DNA from: Rhynchobatus australiae
Lineage: Eukaryota
Length of the DNA: 63,942 nucleotides
Direction: 5' to 3'
Assembly: GCA_034780895.1 (NCBI GenBank)
Contig: JAUZTB010000057.1
Coordinates: 12,730,365-12,794,306, forward strand
This document shows positions 10,560 through 23,621 of the stretch, in pieces. Under the pieces are notes generated by a model. It searched no databases and was not told the origin of the DNA. It was given only the letters and a program-made list of their open reading frames with translations. Within the stretch, counting starts at the first letter, position 1; each line of letters starts with the position of its first letter. The position numbers and the translations under genes were made by a program.

Positions 10560-13500
10560 CTGCAAAAACAGTTTTAAAGTATTTACTTTTACTGTAAATA
10601 GGATAAATTTGCCTTNNNNNNNNNNAGCTATAAACATGTATTGTTGTTTACAGTATTGATACTTAATTCAAAAATGTCCTGAAAGTTCTATTTAATTTAA
10701 AATAGAAGGCAGGAATAATAAGAGTATAACATATTGTCTTTCTTTTCAACATATAAACTAATAACTCCAAGAGGTGCTTTCAAACAGCATTCAGTTAGGT
10801 GGTCAAGTTCCACTGAATTGGTGTCACCTTATGGCGACCCCATGCTCTCCCCAACATGACCCATCACTGGTTACATCACAGCAGCGCCTCTGATCTAATT
10901 AGTTCATTTTATTTGTCTTCCTCCTCTTTTCCCTTTTACTTTACCAAACATNNNNNNNNNNNNNNNNNNNNNNNNNNNNNNNNNNNNNNNNNNNNNNNNN
11001 NNNNNNNNNNNNNNNNNNNNNNNNNNNNNNNNNNNNNNNNNNNNNNNNNNNACTTTACCAAACATGATTATCTTCTGAAATCCACTGTTTGCCTAGATAG
11101 CATAAACAATATTACTCAGTTATAAAAAGTGTCTTCAGTATATGCCCAATCCTGGTTCCTTCACTTCAGGTTTTATTAGTGACCCAAAACTGAGTCTATT
11201 GAGTCCGTTAGCTACCATATTAAATAACTCCTGGAAAACAACTCAAACTTTGAGTGTCCAGGAATGATAGCTAGCAACCTGAGAAAGCAACAGAATTGTT
11301 GCTCTGCCATTTCTTACTTCCAGTTTTATCCCATTTACTTTTAAATGCCACATGGGTACAGCTTCACAGTCAATCACTAGATTACTGTAATCAGGTAGGT
11401 ATGGTGTATGTGAGCCCAGAACATTGAATCACACCTTTCCTTACTTTGTACGCACGTGTGCACACTTTCCAGCTCGGGTTACTAGACTGTAATCGTGACA
11501 AAGAATCCTCAGTAATTTCCACATCCTGTTATTGCATCCCTACTGTTACACTGGTTGGAATGAATGTGTTAATTGAGCAAATAACAACAGATGAAATCTA
11601 GCTTGTCCTTGTCTGTAAAGTTCAATGTCTAACACTACATGGTGCTTTCAGATCTACAGTGTCATTTCAAAAGGATATAACTTTTTTTTCAAAAATCAGA
11701 TGCAATATGAAGATTATGCATTTTCAATAAGTGTAATGTTGTTTGACAGTACTGGTATTTCAAGTGCAAGTAATGATCATTAATGAACCATATTCTTTAA
11801 TACCAACATTTCATTTTCTTATTGTGTGCAGATCGGTCACAAATGGTATATCACAAATGCTTGTTCCATAATAAAAAAATAAATTGATGTTGTCACCCAA
11901 CATCAGAAGCATGCCCCCTACTGCATCAATGTGACAATTTGTATTTCAAGGATCAGTCAAACTTCTCTCTCTGTGACATCTCCCATTTGGCACCAAGTCA
12001 TGGAGAACTGTTCAGCTACCGGGAACTGAGTTGAGTCAGATTGGTCTGGATTCAAGGTGTTCCTGCATTAAAATAAATTCTTCTAATCATTAGACTGCTC
12101 CTTTGAGGTTTTTTTTTCCTGTTTCATTTGGATGACTTTTTAAAAATGGAAAGAAACAAAGAGCTGCTTTATTTTAGAAGGAAATAAAATCATTTTACAA
12201 GAGTGAAATATCATACTGATCTAGTTTCCATTCACTTTTAATCAATTACCCAATTTCTGCACTAGTGATCAAAGTGAGGGACGTCTAGATTCAACAAAGG
12301 AACAATATTATTTAGCATGGATCTAATTTATAGTAGGCTTTAGGACTGCTTCATAAGTCCACAATTTTAATAACATCATGCCTGCAAAGGTAAACAAAAA
12401 TGGGTAAATAGAACTGCAATTAATTATTTGAGGCTAATGGGATCAAGAGGAAAACTGAAAGTGCCTGGAACTGGATGAAAACACTGCAAGTACATGGCAG
12501 GTTTGTTAAGCTCAGAAAAGGGACATAAATATTCCTCTGACAAGGGGTCCCTGCACCACTGTGACTCGGACTTGTTGTCTCCCAATGTTTGGTTACCGGT
12601 CATCAGCACTCTTAATTGCTCAATTCCTCCAATGTCTTTTTTCATGGACCATTCCGACTGAATAACAAGCTTGCAATTATGTCATGACTTTCATGTTTAC
12701 AGGACATCAAAAGTGCTTCAGAATCACTGAAGTATTTCTTAGTGTAGTCTCTGTTGTAATGTAGGCAAAGGCCTTGGCCAAATCACCTGAGGTCCCTCAA
12801 ACAGAACATATTAAACAGCATATTTTTTTAAAAAACAATTCTGTTTGAAGAATAAAGATATGGAATAAATGGTTTGGAATGTTAGGGGAATATCGCTGGT
12901 TATTTTCCCAAATTATTCTATTCAGGAGGTGTGTGGGGCATTAGTTCAAATCTCTGGATTTCGAACTCAGACGTGAGAGAGCCCCATTGAGACAACTCTG
13001 ACAGACCGACATCAGATTCTTTAGGTTCCATTCTTAACTGTCAGAAGACAAATTACCACAAATGTTTTCCCATCAAATGACATGCTCCACCACCATAATC
13101 TTCATCCCATCATATTAATCACCTACATGATACCTTTCAGTACCAATATCCTCAAACAAAGGATCAAATACCATTTTATATTCTGGTGACATTCAATTCC
13201 ATTAGACTCAGCCAACTAACGAGGCTGGTGCTATGTTAGCTCACTGCCCATGCTAATAGGAAGTCTTGAATGAGCTTAAGCTCTCTTTAGTTCAATGTCA
13301 GCTAAAAACAAATGCACACTTACATTCAGACCTCTCTCCCTCTGTGCCTGAAACTCTCTTGTACATTACTCAGACCTCAAGAATTGATTTCCTGGATCTA
13401 TGCATCACCAGCTTCCTCTTCCTCACCTGAGACAGTTTCAGATCTCTATGGAATTTTCCCCAATGGTCCTTTGGAACTGATACTTTCTTATTCCTTTTTT

Positions 13501-15867
13501 TTTCAAAAGTCCTTATAAACTTATTTGTTTGACTCTATGCTTTTATTTCTCAAAGCCAGTAACCCTTTAGCAGGCACTCAGATATACCTCTATGTCAGCA
13601 GCCCAAAAGAATGCAGATGTTTTTGTCTTTTTTAGATTCTGACAAATTGTTCTGAGAGAGATGGGCAGTTTTAAATTTTTATCTAACCAATTAGCATTTT
13701 GACTTTTAATTCATTTATTCTTCAAACCTAGAGGCAGGAGTTAGATTTTCCTTATCCGACTGTTTGGTTGAAAGGCTGTGACTGAAATATTTTCAGGTAT
13801 AAACACAAACTGCACCAAGAGCAGCTGCATCACAACAGTTGGCATGGAAACCATGGGATCTTGCAAAGATAGCATGATGTCACTGCAACAAGAATAAAAA
13901 GTCACCTGCCTGCCGTCCATAGACCACGAGTCAAATCTGACACAGCCACATTCACGTGTCATCCTTTTCCCCCTTGCCTGGTGCTGGAGGATAGACTCTA
14001 TACTGTAACACCCAATAAAACCGCACAGATATCTCACGGGACTTGGGGATGAGATCATATAACAAGCTGTCACTCTAATCTTTTGTGCTTTGAACAATTA
14101 TAATCATTCATAGCTTTGGCATTTTTGTGATCTCATATCTCCAGGGAATTGAGTGATGTCAGTTCTGCAGCAGGCAGCCAGGGCAGTTTTCATTTCTGGT
14201 TTGTGTAGCTGACAGCTTGGGACAAATATATAACCACAATTGTTTTAGATCTAACATTCCCATTAACCAGTAGGGCCATGAGCGCCGGCAACATTTTGCA
14301 CAGTGAGACTTTGAAACAGAAAGCAATTTCAGACCACTTCATCTAAGAAGTACCTTGCACAAAACAGGACTGAAACAATAATTACTAAAACCTTGCTGGT
14401 TACATAAGACTAGGTTTTGTTGACATGACCCAAATGACTCATTCTATTTCCAGATGAGGTGCTTAATTCAGACATGACAAATGTGGGAAAAAACAACCGA
14501 AGCAGTTCTATTTAAAAATAATGTTGTTGCTCCAATCAATCCTGCATCCTTGAGCTTGGAGTGAGAGGAAGGGTTGGGGGGGGTTGCTGGTGTGGGTGCA
14601 GAAACTGGCCTGGGTTCCTCACTCCTGATTACTATCCAGTGACCCCTGCTGGATAGCCTGTGCGGGTGACAGGTGCAGAATGGATCTGGCTTGGCTGTGA
14701 TGGGTCTGACAGTTGAGCTGGCTGGCACTCATCGACCAGACTCAGACATGAAGAATGGCCACTTGGGCAAAGGACAGGCAGCCTGCCAACACCCCTGGAA
14801 ACATTCTCTATTACAATTAACTAGCCTTGGAAGGAAGGGATAAAAGGGAGGGAAAAATGGACAAAGAATTAAAAAATGTTTTTGTTGAATTGGTGTTTTA
14901 AAGAGAATTGCACAGTTATTACATGGAATTTGCAATACAGATACAATTTGGTCCATGCTGTTTGTTTATGCTTCACACCTGCCCTGTCAGCTTTTCCTTC
15001 TATTCCTCTCTCCCTCATTACTTATCTAGTTACCGCTTAAATACATCATGTCCTCCTAAAATTAAAGTTGAAACATTTTTTATCTTTAATAGGTGAGTGC
15101 GGAGTGATGATATCATGTAGATAAATTGGGCTGGAACAGTTTTTGAGCCCAGTGGTGCAAGGGAGCTAAAATTAACCTGGACTATACAATTAAAATTGGA
15201 GTACTCCTGATTAATGGGTAGATCTCCATAGACACCAGCACTTGCAAGCAAAATCCCTCAATGATGTAATCAGCACTTGTAGTTTAAATAAATATACAGA
15301 CAAATAAACTGAACATTAAAGATAATGGTTTTCAACAGATTTAACAATTAAAAAGTTATGGCAATACTCTCTGGACATGTTAGTAACTTTTTCAGAATTG
15401 ATCTGGTTAGTGGAACTTCTGGCCCCATTACACAATGGAAATAGTTCTGTCATTTACAGGTAAAACCCTTTGGCAGATTCAGTCAGGTGGACCTGGCTGC
15501 AAATGCTGCTGGTGTTAGCTGTTTACCGTTGCTCCCTGTTGAATCTTGCTGCAGGAGTCACCCAGTAAACGTACTTCTGTGGAAGGGTTTGGGATCCACA
15601 GGATGGTAGCACTGTACATGTACTGTAGGGGTTCCTTCAATACCACAAGTTTTTTTAAGGTTATGAGTCAACTCATTGCATATAAAGAGAATATTTTCCA
15701 TGAATTAGTGTTCTGTACTGAATTCCTTCAGTGCCTCAGAACTGGATGGATTTTGACTTTGTACAATGGGGGACAGCAAATTGGCATGCTGCTTTACATC
15801 TATCCTAATCCAACGCTTCAACAGTTTACTTACACATTTAACTTAACTGGGAAAAGATCATCGACTT

Positions 15868-16070
15868 AAATTCTCCTTGGAGCGACGGAGGATGAGGGGG
15901 GACCTGATGGAGGGGTAGAAGATGATGAGAGGTATTGATCGGGTAGATAGTCAGAGGCTTTTCCCCAGGGCTGAAATGGTGGCTATGAGAGGACATAGGT
16001 TTAAGATGCTGGGGAGTAGGTACAGAGGAGATGTCAGGTGTAAGTTTTTTACTCAGAGTGGTGAGTGCAC
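15868..16070 (+). mobile_element. CR1 LINE ORF2 3' fragment
   Basis: Translates to ...RRRMRGDL..MMRGIDRVDSQRLFP..RGH, the typical CR1 C-terminus. Confidence 0.85.
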
Positions 16071-17099
16071 NNNNNNNNNNNNNNNNNNNNNNNNNNNNNN
16101 NNNNNNNNNNNNNNNNNNNNNNNNNNNNNNNNNNNNNNNNNNNNNNNNNNNNNNNNNNNNNNNNNNNNNNTTTTCTTTTGAATTCTTTTTATCAAATAAT
16201 AATGAACATGAATTTAGGCACAATAAGGTAAAAGGATGGGTGATAGAGTTGACAGCAATGCACAGCCAGATACTATATATCATTGCACAGCCATTACAAA
16301 CTATTTTTTGCATTTTGCAGCACAATGTAACTGTTGGTTCCTCACAAATGGTTAATATAAATTGTGTGTCTCTCTAAATTTTAATTTGGGATGTAAACAA
16401 TGCCTTGGCATGAGAATAATGACAGGTATAGCACATGTATATAAAATTAAAAATAATCAGATCGCTTTTAAGAAAACAGAATAAAAATAGCAAAATAGGA
16501 GCATAGCAAGCAAATTCTTTGAGTTTGGACCACCGGGTGTTCCAATGCAGCTGATTTTAATGTTAGTTTAAATATTAGTTTAAACATGGAATTCCATGTT
16601 ACATACATGTTGCCCACTTTCAGACTTTCAAATGTATGGAAAACTCAGATTAAATATCACTGATATGATCACTTCNNNNNNNNNNNNNNNNNNNNNNNNN
16701 NNNNNNNNNNNNNNNNNNNNNNNNNNNNNNNNNNNNNNNNNNNNNNNNNNNNNNNNNNNNNNNNNNNNNNNNNNNACAGTTTCTGTGCCTCAGCTATCAC
16801 TGCAATCCTCTGCAAAAAAAAAACATTATCCACCTGTATCCCCATTCGAACCCTATTCACATGTTTGCATTTGGTAAACTCTCTCCCAGTTCACTTGTAT
16901 CTCAACTTCCACAATCTCACCTTTGGCCCTCCACTTGCTACAATATCGTTGCAGCTCCTGATCCGCACAATTAAACACCCACCTCAACCCCAGCAAAACC
17001 AGGGTTTTCCCTCAGCTACATTCCCTTAAATCCAAGGACCTCTGAGACTTGAACAAATCTGTTGTAAGACTGATTTAACTATTCATTGGCGGGTCGGGT

Positions 17100-18110
17100 T
17101 AGATCACATAAAGCAGCACTGGTTCTGCTCTCAGCTGCTAAAAAAATTCACTATTTCCAGGATGAACATAAACTTCATAGATACCCCTGGCATATTTTCT
17201 CTTCTGCAAACTATATTCTTAAGCCCCTCTGCCCAATCTCCTCTACTCTTAGCTCTAATAATGACATTCAAGATTCATTCATTTATTTCAATTAAATATT
17301 AGGAACTGAAGCCATTGTTTTCAGTCCCCATTACAAACTCCATTCCCTGGTCACTACATCCTGCCCTCTTCCTGGCAAGTTTATGAATTGAACTGGTCTT
17401 CTGATAACCTTGGTGTTAAACAACACAGCAAATTCAGTTTTTGATCTCACATCTCGGTCAGCTTGGAGACCACCTATTTCCTCCCTTGTAACGTTAACAG
17501 GATAGATCTTGCCTTAACTCATCTGCTGTCAAAAACTTCATCCATGCCTTTGTCGACTCTAATCTTGACTATTCCAATTTGTTCATGCATTTGTTCGTGC
17601 ATCTTGTTCTACTCCCTGTAAACATGTGATTATCCAAAATTCTGGTGCCCACACCTGAACTTACACCAAATCCCATTCACATCAGCCCTGTGCTTGCAGA
17701 TGTACACTGGCTCCTGCTTTGCCACATCCTGTTTTAAAATTCTCACCCTTGTTTCATATCCATCCCTAGTGTCTCCTCTTGTTATCCTCTTAATCACTCC
17801 AGTCTATTAAGCCTCGAGATATCACTGGTCTTCTAATTTTATCCCCTTGATCATCCCAAATTTAGGTTGCTCACCACTAGCGATCAAGCCTTCAGTTGTC
17901 AAGGCCCTAAGCCCTGGAATTCTTTCCCAAAATTGCTCCACCTCTATCCTTCTTAAAGATGCCATTTAAAATCTTATGTCTTTGTTCAAAACTTTGGTCT
18001 TCTGCACTTTTATCTCATTACGTGGGTCGGTGCCAATATTTTTGGTTTGAAGCTGCTCCTGTGAAGTATGTGGGATTTTTTGTCACAACAAAAGGCCTTG
18101 TGTAAATGCT
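17100..18110 (+). mobile_element. Decayed L2-like LINE, 3' part
   Basis: Degenerate IHAFV-S-LDYSN and L2-type downstream motifs; similar fragments at about 13300-13560, 24280-25290, 30100-30800 (-) and 52000-52320. Confidence 0.65.
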
Positions 18111-18234
18111 AAATTGATGTTAAACAATGAAACCATTATCATATGAAAGCTACTCCTGTCTGCTCGCCACCAGTGCCCCAACACCTGCTTTTGGTTCTGT
18201 AAATAACTTCTGCTTCCACTTTCCACAGTGGGTG

Positions 18235-18605
18235 CTACACTGGTTTTGTGGCACAGTGAGGGCAATCTTAGCCTGAGCCAAATGTCCGTAGGTTCAGGTT
18301 CCAGCTCAGCGGTATGAGACTGGCATTTCAATGCAAAACTGAGAGTGTTCAGTGCTAGACGTGCCATCTTCCAGTTGAGTTGCTAAATCTAGAGTCCTGT
18401 TTCCCTTCTCAAGTGAAAGTTAAATTTACCACAGCACTACTCAAAGAGCAGCTGGGGAGAACATGGTGTTCCAGCCAGTAATTTTACTCAAGCAGCATTT
18501 ACTGAAAGCAGATTATCTGAACATTGATCTGTAACAATCTTGGCGATGCTGTGGACAAAACGGCTGCTGTGTTGTTACATTACGCTTCAAAGTACTTCAT
18601 TGGAT
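18235..18605 (+). mobile_element. Deu-domain SINE (SacSINE1/AmnSINE1-like), decayed
   Basis: Resembles the recalled Deu core (gtgccatctt..gagttgctaaatctagagtcctg...); related copies at about 2160-2250, 12690-13010 (-), 53445-53800 (-) and 55350-55640. Confidence 0.55.
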
Positions 18606-18619
18606 GGAAGGTGCTTCAG

Positions 18620-19033
18620 ACTGTTTTCTTTGGAGCTTCAGAGGCTGAGCGAAGACCTGATAGAAGTTTATAAAATTATGAGGGGTATAGATAGGGTGGA
18701 TAGCCAGAATCCTTTTCCCCAGGGCAGAAATGTCAAATACTAGAGGGCATAGCTTTAAGAAGACAGGGGTAAGTTTAAAGGGGATGGGTAGGGCAAGTTT
18801 TTATTTTACACAGAGAGTGGTAGGTGCCTGGAACATGCTGCCAGGGCAGGTAGTAGAAGCAGATATGATAGTGGTGTTCAAGAAGCTTTTACAAAGGCAC
18901 ATGAATATGCAGTGAATGGAGGGATATGGGCCATGTGCAACCAGAAGGAATTAGTTTAATTTGGCATTATGGTTGTCACAGACATCGTGGGCCAAAAGGC
19001 CAGGTCCCGTGCTGTACTTTTCTATGTTCTATG
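18620..19033 (+). mobile_element. CR1 LINE 3' end
   Basis: LFSLE.QRL..DLIEVYKIMRGIDRVD...FTQRVVGAWN.LP followed by the tail. Confidence 0.88.
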
Positions 19034-21739
19034 AAAAGATTGTGAATTAAATATAAATGAAAGTCTTTCTTTAAAGACTTTAGAACACAGGTGAGAACTC
19101 ACAAGAATGTTAGTGGTGACCCTAGCTTAACAATAAATTCATCATTCTCCAGGTTACTTTCTATGATCAAAATACCACATCATACAACATTGTCTCACCA
19201 ACAAGGAGCATGTTCTGTAGGGAGAAGAGTTTGGCAATTTTAGTTTTAATATCCATTCATGGGACATGGGTGCTGCTGGCAAGGGCAGCATTTATCGTCC
19301 CTCCCATTTGTCCTTGAAAATGTTGTGATGAACTGCTTTCGTGAAGTGCTGAAACCTGTGCGGGGAAGAAATTCCCATAGTGTCCTTATTTTTACCCAGT
19401 GATGATGAAATATCTTTATTTAGAAAGTACCACTATTGGATAATAGGTTTGTCATCAATTTATTTTGGAATGAAACCTCACACTGGATTTAATATTACGG
19501 AAAAACTGCCTTCTCTTTGAAACAGACCACTGGGAAAGAAATTACAACAGACAGGTTGGACCATCATGTCTAAAATAATAAAATAAGTAAACATCTAAAA
19601 TATGCAAGCAGCATAGCAAGACAAATCTCAGCTCTGATCTTAGTGCTGTTCTAAATTGGTTCCCATGCTAAAACTATTTTAAAAAAACTGGATCATATTC
19701 CTCATTAACAGCTGTCAATACAATTGAGGGAAAGGTGCATAATATGATGGAGGGAAGAGTACAATAATGAAAATTGAGTTCAGACNNNNNNNNNNNNNNN
19801 NNNNNNNNNNNNNATGACAGAAAGGGCAAAAATTCCAAGTTTCACCATAGCATTGACAGAGGTAAATGTATAGCAAAGATTGATAAAGGGCAGAAGGCCA
19901 ATCAGTTCATCCTTCCAGGGGGAAAAAATATTCTCACATGACAGCGCATAACAGTTTCTCAAATTACATCACAACATTTGCTACCAGTATCCGACTAGAA
20001 GCTCTATTTCCAGCCTAGATCAGTGTGAATTCCCTGTATTAAAATATTTATACTTTGCAGGGTGCATCTTTTTACCTTTTCTTCAATGATCCAATGCACA
20101 TCTGACACAAGCCAGAGTCTGGCATTTGTTCACTATTGTACCTTACTCAGTAACGCCATAATCCTTTTGATTTCTATGTCTCACTTAGCGTCATCAAGTA
20201 TCCCAATTTTTGGAAGTCCTTTTAAACCTTATTGAGGGAAAGACATACAAGTTGGTCATGCCAAAGACAGTCTGTCAGCAGGGAATCTATTGCTTCCAAG
20301 ACCCACTCTCCTAATCAGCTTAGAATCAAATATTATCCAAAACAAAAGATGGACAGGCACAAAGTTAATGGAATGTGGAAAATAACCTTTGTTAGAAGGT
20401 GTCAATATCAAAGGCATTTAAGTTGTGTAGCCCTACTTCATCCACTATCTAGTATGTTCATTCAATTGATCTTTTGTAACTCATCTGTCTAGATGCTTTC
20501 GATAATTCTCATCACATTCATCTGCTTTTTTTCTGTATCTTTCTCTTTAAGAACTTCCTCCAAGTTGTTAGCAGACATCACTAAATCAGCGACATTTAAT
20601 GTTAGGTCAGTGAAGAAAACAGATGGGTGCTGTGCCTTTCTTCAACAAAAAGGCATTGCCTAATGTTCTGCCGCGTTATGTTTCCATAAAAAACATTTAC
20701 CTATAAATGATTGGAGGTCAAATTGGTAACTTACTTAAAATATGACTGACTATTTATAATGACATGAATCTATAGATATCATCACAAAATCTTTGAACCC
20801 AGAGCATACAGAAGGAACAGGAATAAAAGGTCAAGGAAATTATGCCCCAACAGCATCTCGTGGTAACGAGACATGAAAAGATCTTTCAATCTAAATAATG
20901 ACATCATACCTCACAAACTGAAGTGCAGAAACCACATACACTGCCCTTCTAATGTGGTTCAGTAACTGCTGAGAAAACAAGAGTNNNNNNNNNNNNNNNN
21001 NNNNNNNNNNNNNNNNNNNNNNNNNNNNNNNNNNNNNNNNNNNNNNNNNNNNNNNNNNNNNNNNNNNNNNNNNNNNNNNNNNNNAAGAGTCAGTGGTGAT
21101 GGTATTGGATTAAGTGACCCAAACTTAAGGGCGATGTCTGAGCGAGATTTACTGCAATTTAACCAGTCCTTCAGACAATCCGACAAGGGCAAAAACTGCA
21201 GAAGGGGAGCACAATTTATCTTCAGCAGTGGTTGTTGTTCATCTATCTGATGCTTTCTCCCTGTATTTTAATCTGTCTAATATAGAAAAGGTTAACAAAA
21301 CCATGCAATCCATCCCGAACTTATTCCTTTTCAGAAATAAATCTGTTATTTTAAACGAAAAGCTGCTGCATTTATCTATGAAGGTGTACAGTTTGATGTC
21401 AATCAGTATTTACACCGTGCTTAGTCTTTTTAGATTTATTCTGCATGCACTGTAATATGTTAAATTTGTACATCAGCCATCAATCTGCTTGTAATACAAC
21501 AAAAAAAAATTTCAGATACTTGTTCGTATTATTGTTAAAAGAGTGCCTGATGTCATTTTGCTTCCCCTATATGCCACCAACTTTGAGGAAGGCCTGAAGA
21601 AACACACCATATCTTCTGCCTTGGATCATTGCAGACAAAAGAAGTCCTGGATGATGGGGGATAGAGGTTGGTCAGACAACATCACCAAGAAAGCCAGAAG
21701 AGAAGTCTTGTGGGTGGCAACAAGGCAAGTGAATAAACA

Positions 21740-22360
21740 ATAAATTGCAAGATATTAAGTGTCATATCGGAACAGAGGGGCCTTAGAGTGTATGTTCACA
21801 GATTTTTAAAGGTAGCAGAACAAGGTGGTTAAAAAGGCATATGTTAAAAAAGATGTCTTCCTTTATTAGGCAAGACATAGAATACAAGAGCAGGAAGATT
21901 GTGTTGGAGCTGTACATGAAATAATAAAGCCACTGCTTCAGAACTGTTCTGATCAGCATATTATAGGAAAGCTGTAATTGCTCTACAAAATTACAGGAAA
22001 AGATTTACAAATATGTTGCAAAGACTGAAAAAGATTGGATGAGCTGGATTGCTTTTCTTTCTAGGTTGGAACAGGGAAAGCTGAGGGGAGACTTAACTGA
22101 GGTCTATAAAATTATGAGGGGACTAGTTAAAAGGAAGGATCTATTTCCCTTAGTAGGGGGATCAAAAAAAAGGGGGAAAAGATTGAATATCGTTGATATG
22201 AGGATTAGGGGAGAAATGAGAGACAGAAATTTTGATCACATTTAAACTGTACTTGAACAATTATGACCTGCAGTGCTGCGGACCAGGTGCTTGAAGGCGG
22301 GATTAGGCCAGATAGATTTTTTTCCCGATTGTCACAGAGACAATGTCCCTCTGCTTCATA
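21740..22360 (+). mobile_element. Decayed CR1 LINE fragment
   Basis: KLRGDLTEVYKIMRG..KDLFPL motif. Confidence 0.8.
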
Positions 22361-23467
22361 AATTTTCCGTGATTGTAACAATAAATGAGAATCTCAAGTC
22401 CATCAGAATGCTTAAGTACATATTCTCTCGAATGAATGAGCACAGCGTATTTCACAATATGTTCGTTAAGCTGCAACCAATTTGAAAAGTTTCATCATGC
22501 ATGTGACAACGTAAAAGCCAAGCCACAAATATTGATTAGTGCATCAGCAGCAGACAAGCAAATAGGGCATTTCAAATTATTATCCTGATGAGTGATCATA
22601 CGATCACCAAACTCGGGCTCAAAAATGATTCTACAGTAAACCTCTCCAGAGAATTTAAAACCAGTGATCTAGATATTGCATTGTGCCTTAAAGTACATGT
22701 TAAAGAAGTATTATTCCAGGACAATGTCGATTTTGCACAGTGCCTCTAAGCATATTTTTCTGAAGCAGCCCAGGCAACATGTATGGTACAAAAGACCTTA
22801 CACAACTGAATTTATGGAGAATGGTGATAATGGAAAAAATGAATTGGGGGTTGGATGGGGAGAAGATGATTGGGGGCATGGGGATGCACCTTCTTCAAAA
22901 TGATTGTGAGGTGGCAAGGGAGGAGGGGTTGGTGGTGGAGGTTACAAACATCGAAGGCACTCACCTGGAAAGAGGTCCTGAGAGCGACCAATGTACGAAT
23001 GGCCCCTTTAACCAACATCAAAGCAGGCATCAAACCTCTCCTTATGCCCTCTTTTGTGGGCAATGCTCGAGTGTGACATCAAAAGTAGCAAATTACATCT
23101 CTGCACGTCATACACGTGGTTGAGCTGGATCAAATTTCAGCAGGTGTACACCAGTTCACAAAGTATTGGACCAAGTTCAGAAATCAGATTTAAACGACAC
23201 TATACTGCATAATGCACAAGAACATTGCACTACAGCAATCCTAGGCCAAGCCAACATATATGACATTATTCATGGTTATTCTGTTGAGAATCAATGGCAT
23301 CAACATGGGAAGTTCCTCCGTTCAATTAAAATAATATAAGCTTCTTTTAACTCATTCTTTGGAAATGAGAGCATTTAAAAATGGATTATAAATGCGTGAG
23401 ATTAAAGCATCACTGATGAAAGAACAATCTTTGCATTGGAAATGAACAGAAAGCAGGACCAACATAC

Positions 23468-23621
23468 CCTTGACTTGAAAGCTAAGATAATCCTGGGCAG
23501 AATGAGGACCAAACATTTGAAACCAATTGTGATGTATTTCAGGACAAAATCTGTGATTCCTGCAATCCAAAGCAAATCAAAGAAATCCATGCTTTCCACA
23601 CTAGTCTTCAGAAATATCAAA
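23468..23621 (-). CDS. RNFT2: RNFT2 coding exon 5: (S)LIFLKTSVESMDFFDLLWIAGITDFVLKYITIGFKCLVLILPRIILAFKSR
   Basis: 154 nt, phase 2/0; ttctcag acceptor, gtatgt donor; conserved DFFDLLW..GI.DFVLKYITI. Confidence 0.95.

Noticed and set aside
22676-23290. Overlapping ORFs in RNFT2 intron 5
   Set aside because: No recognisable domain or consistent exon structure; probably an old repeat I cannot classify
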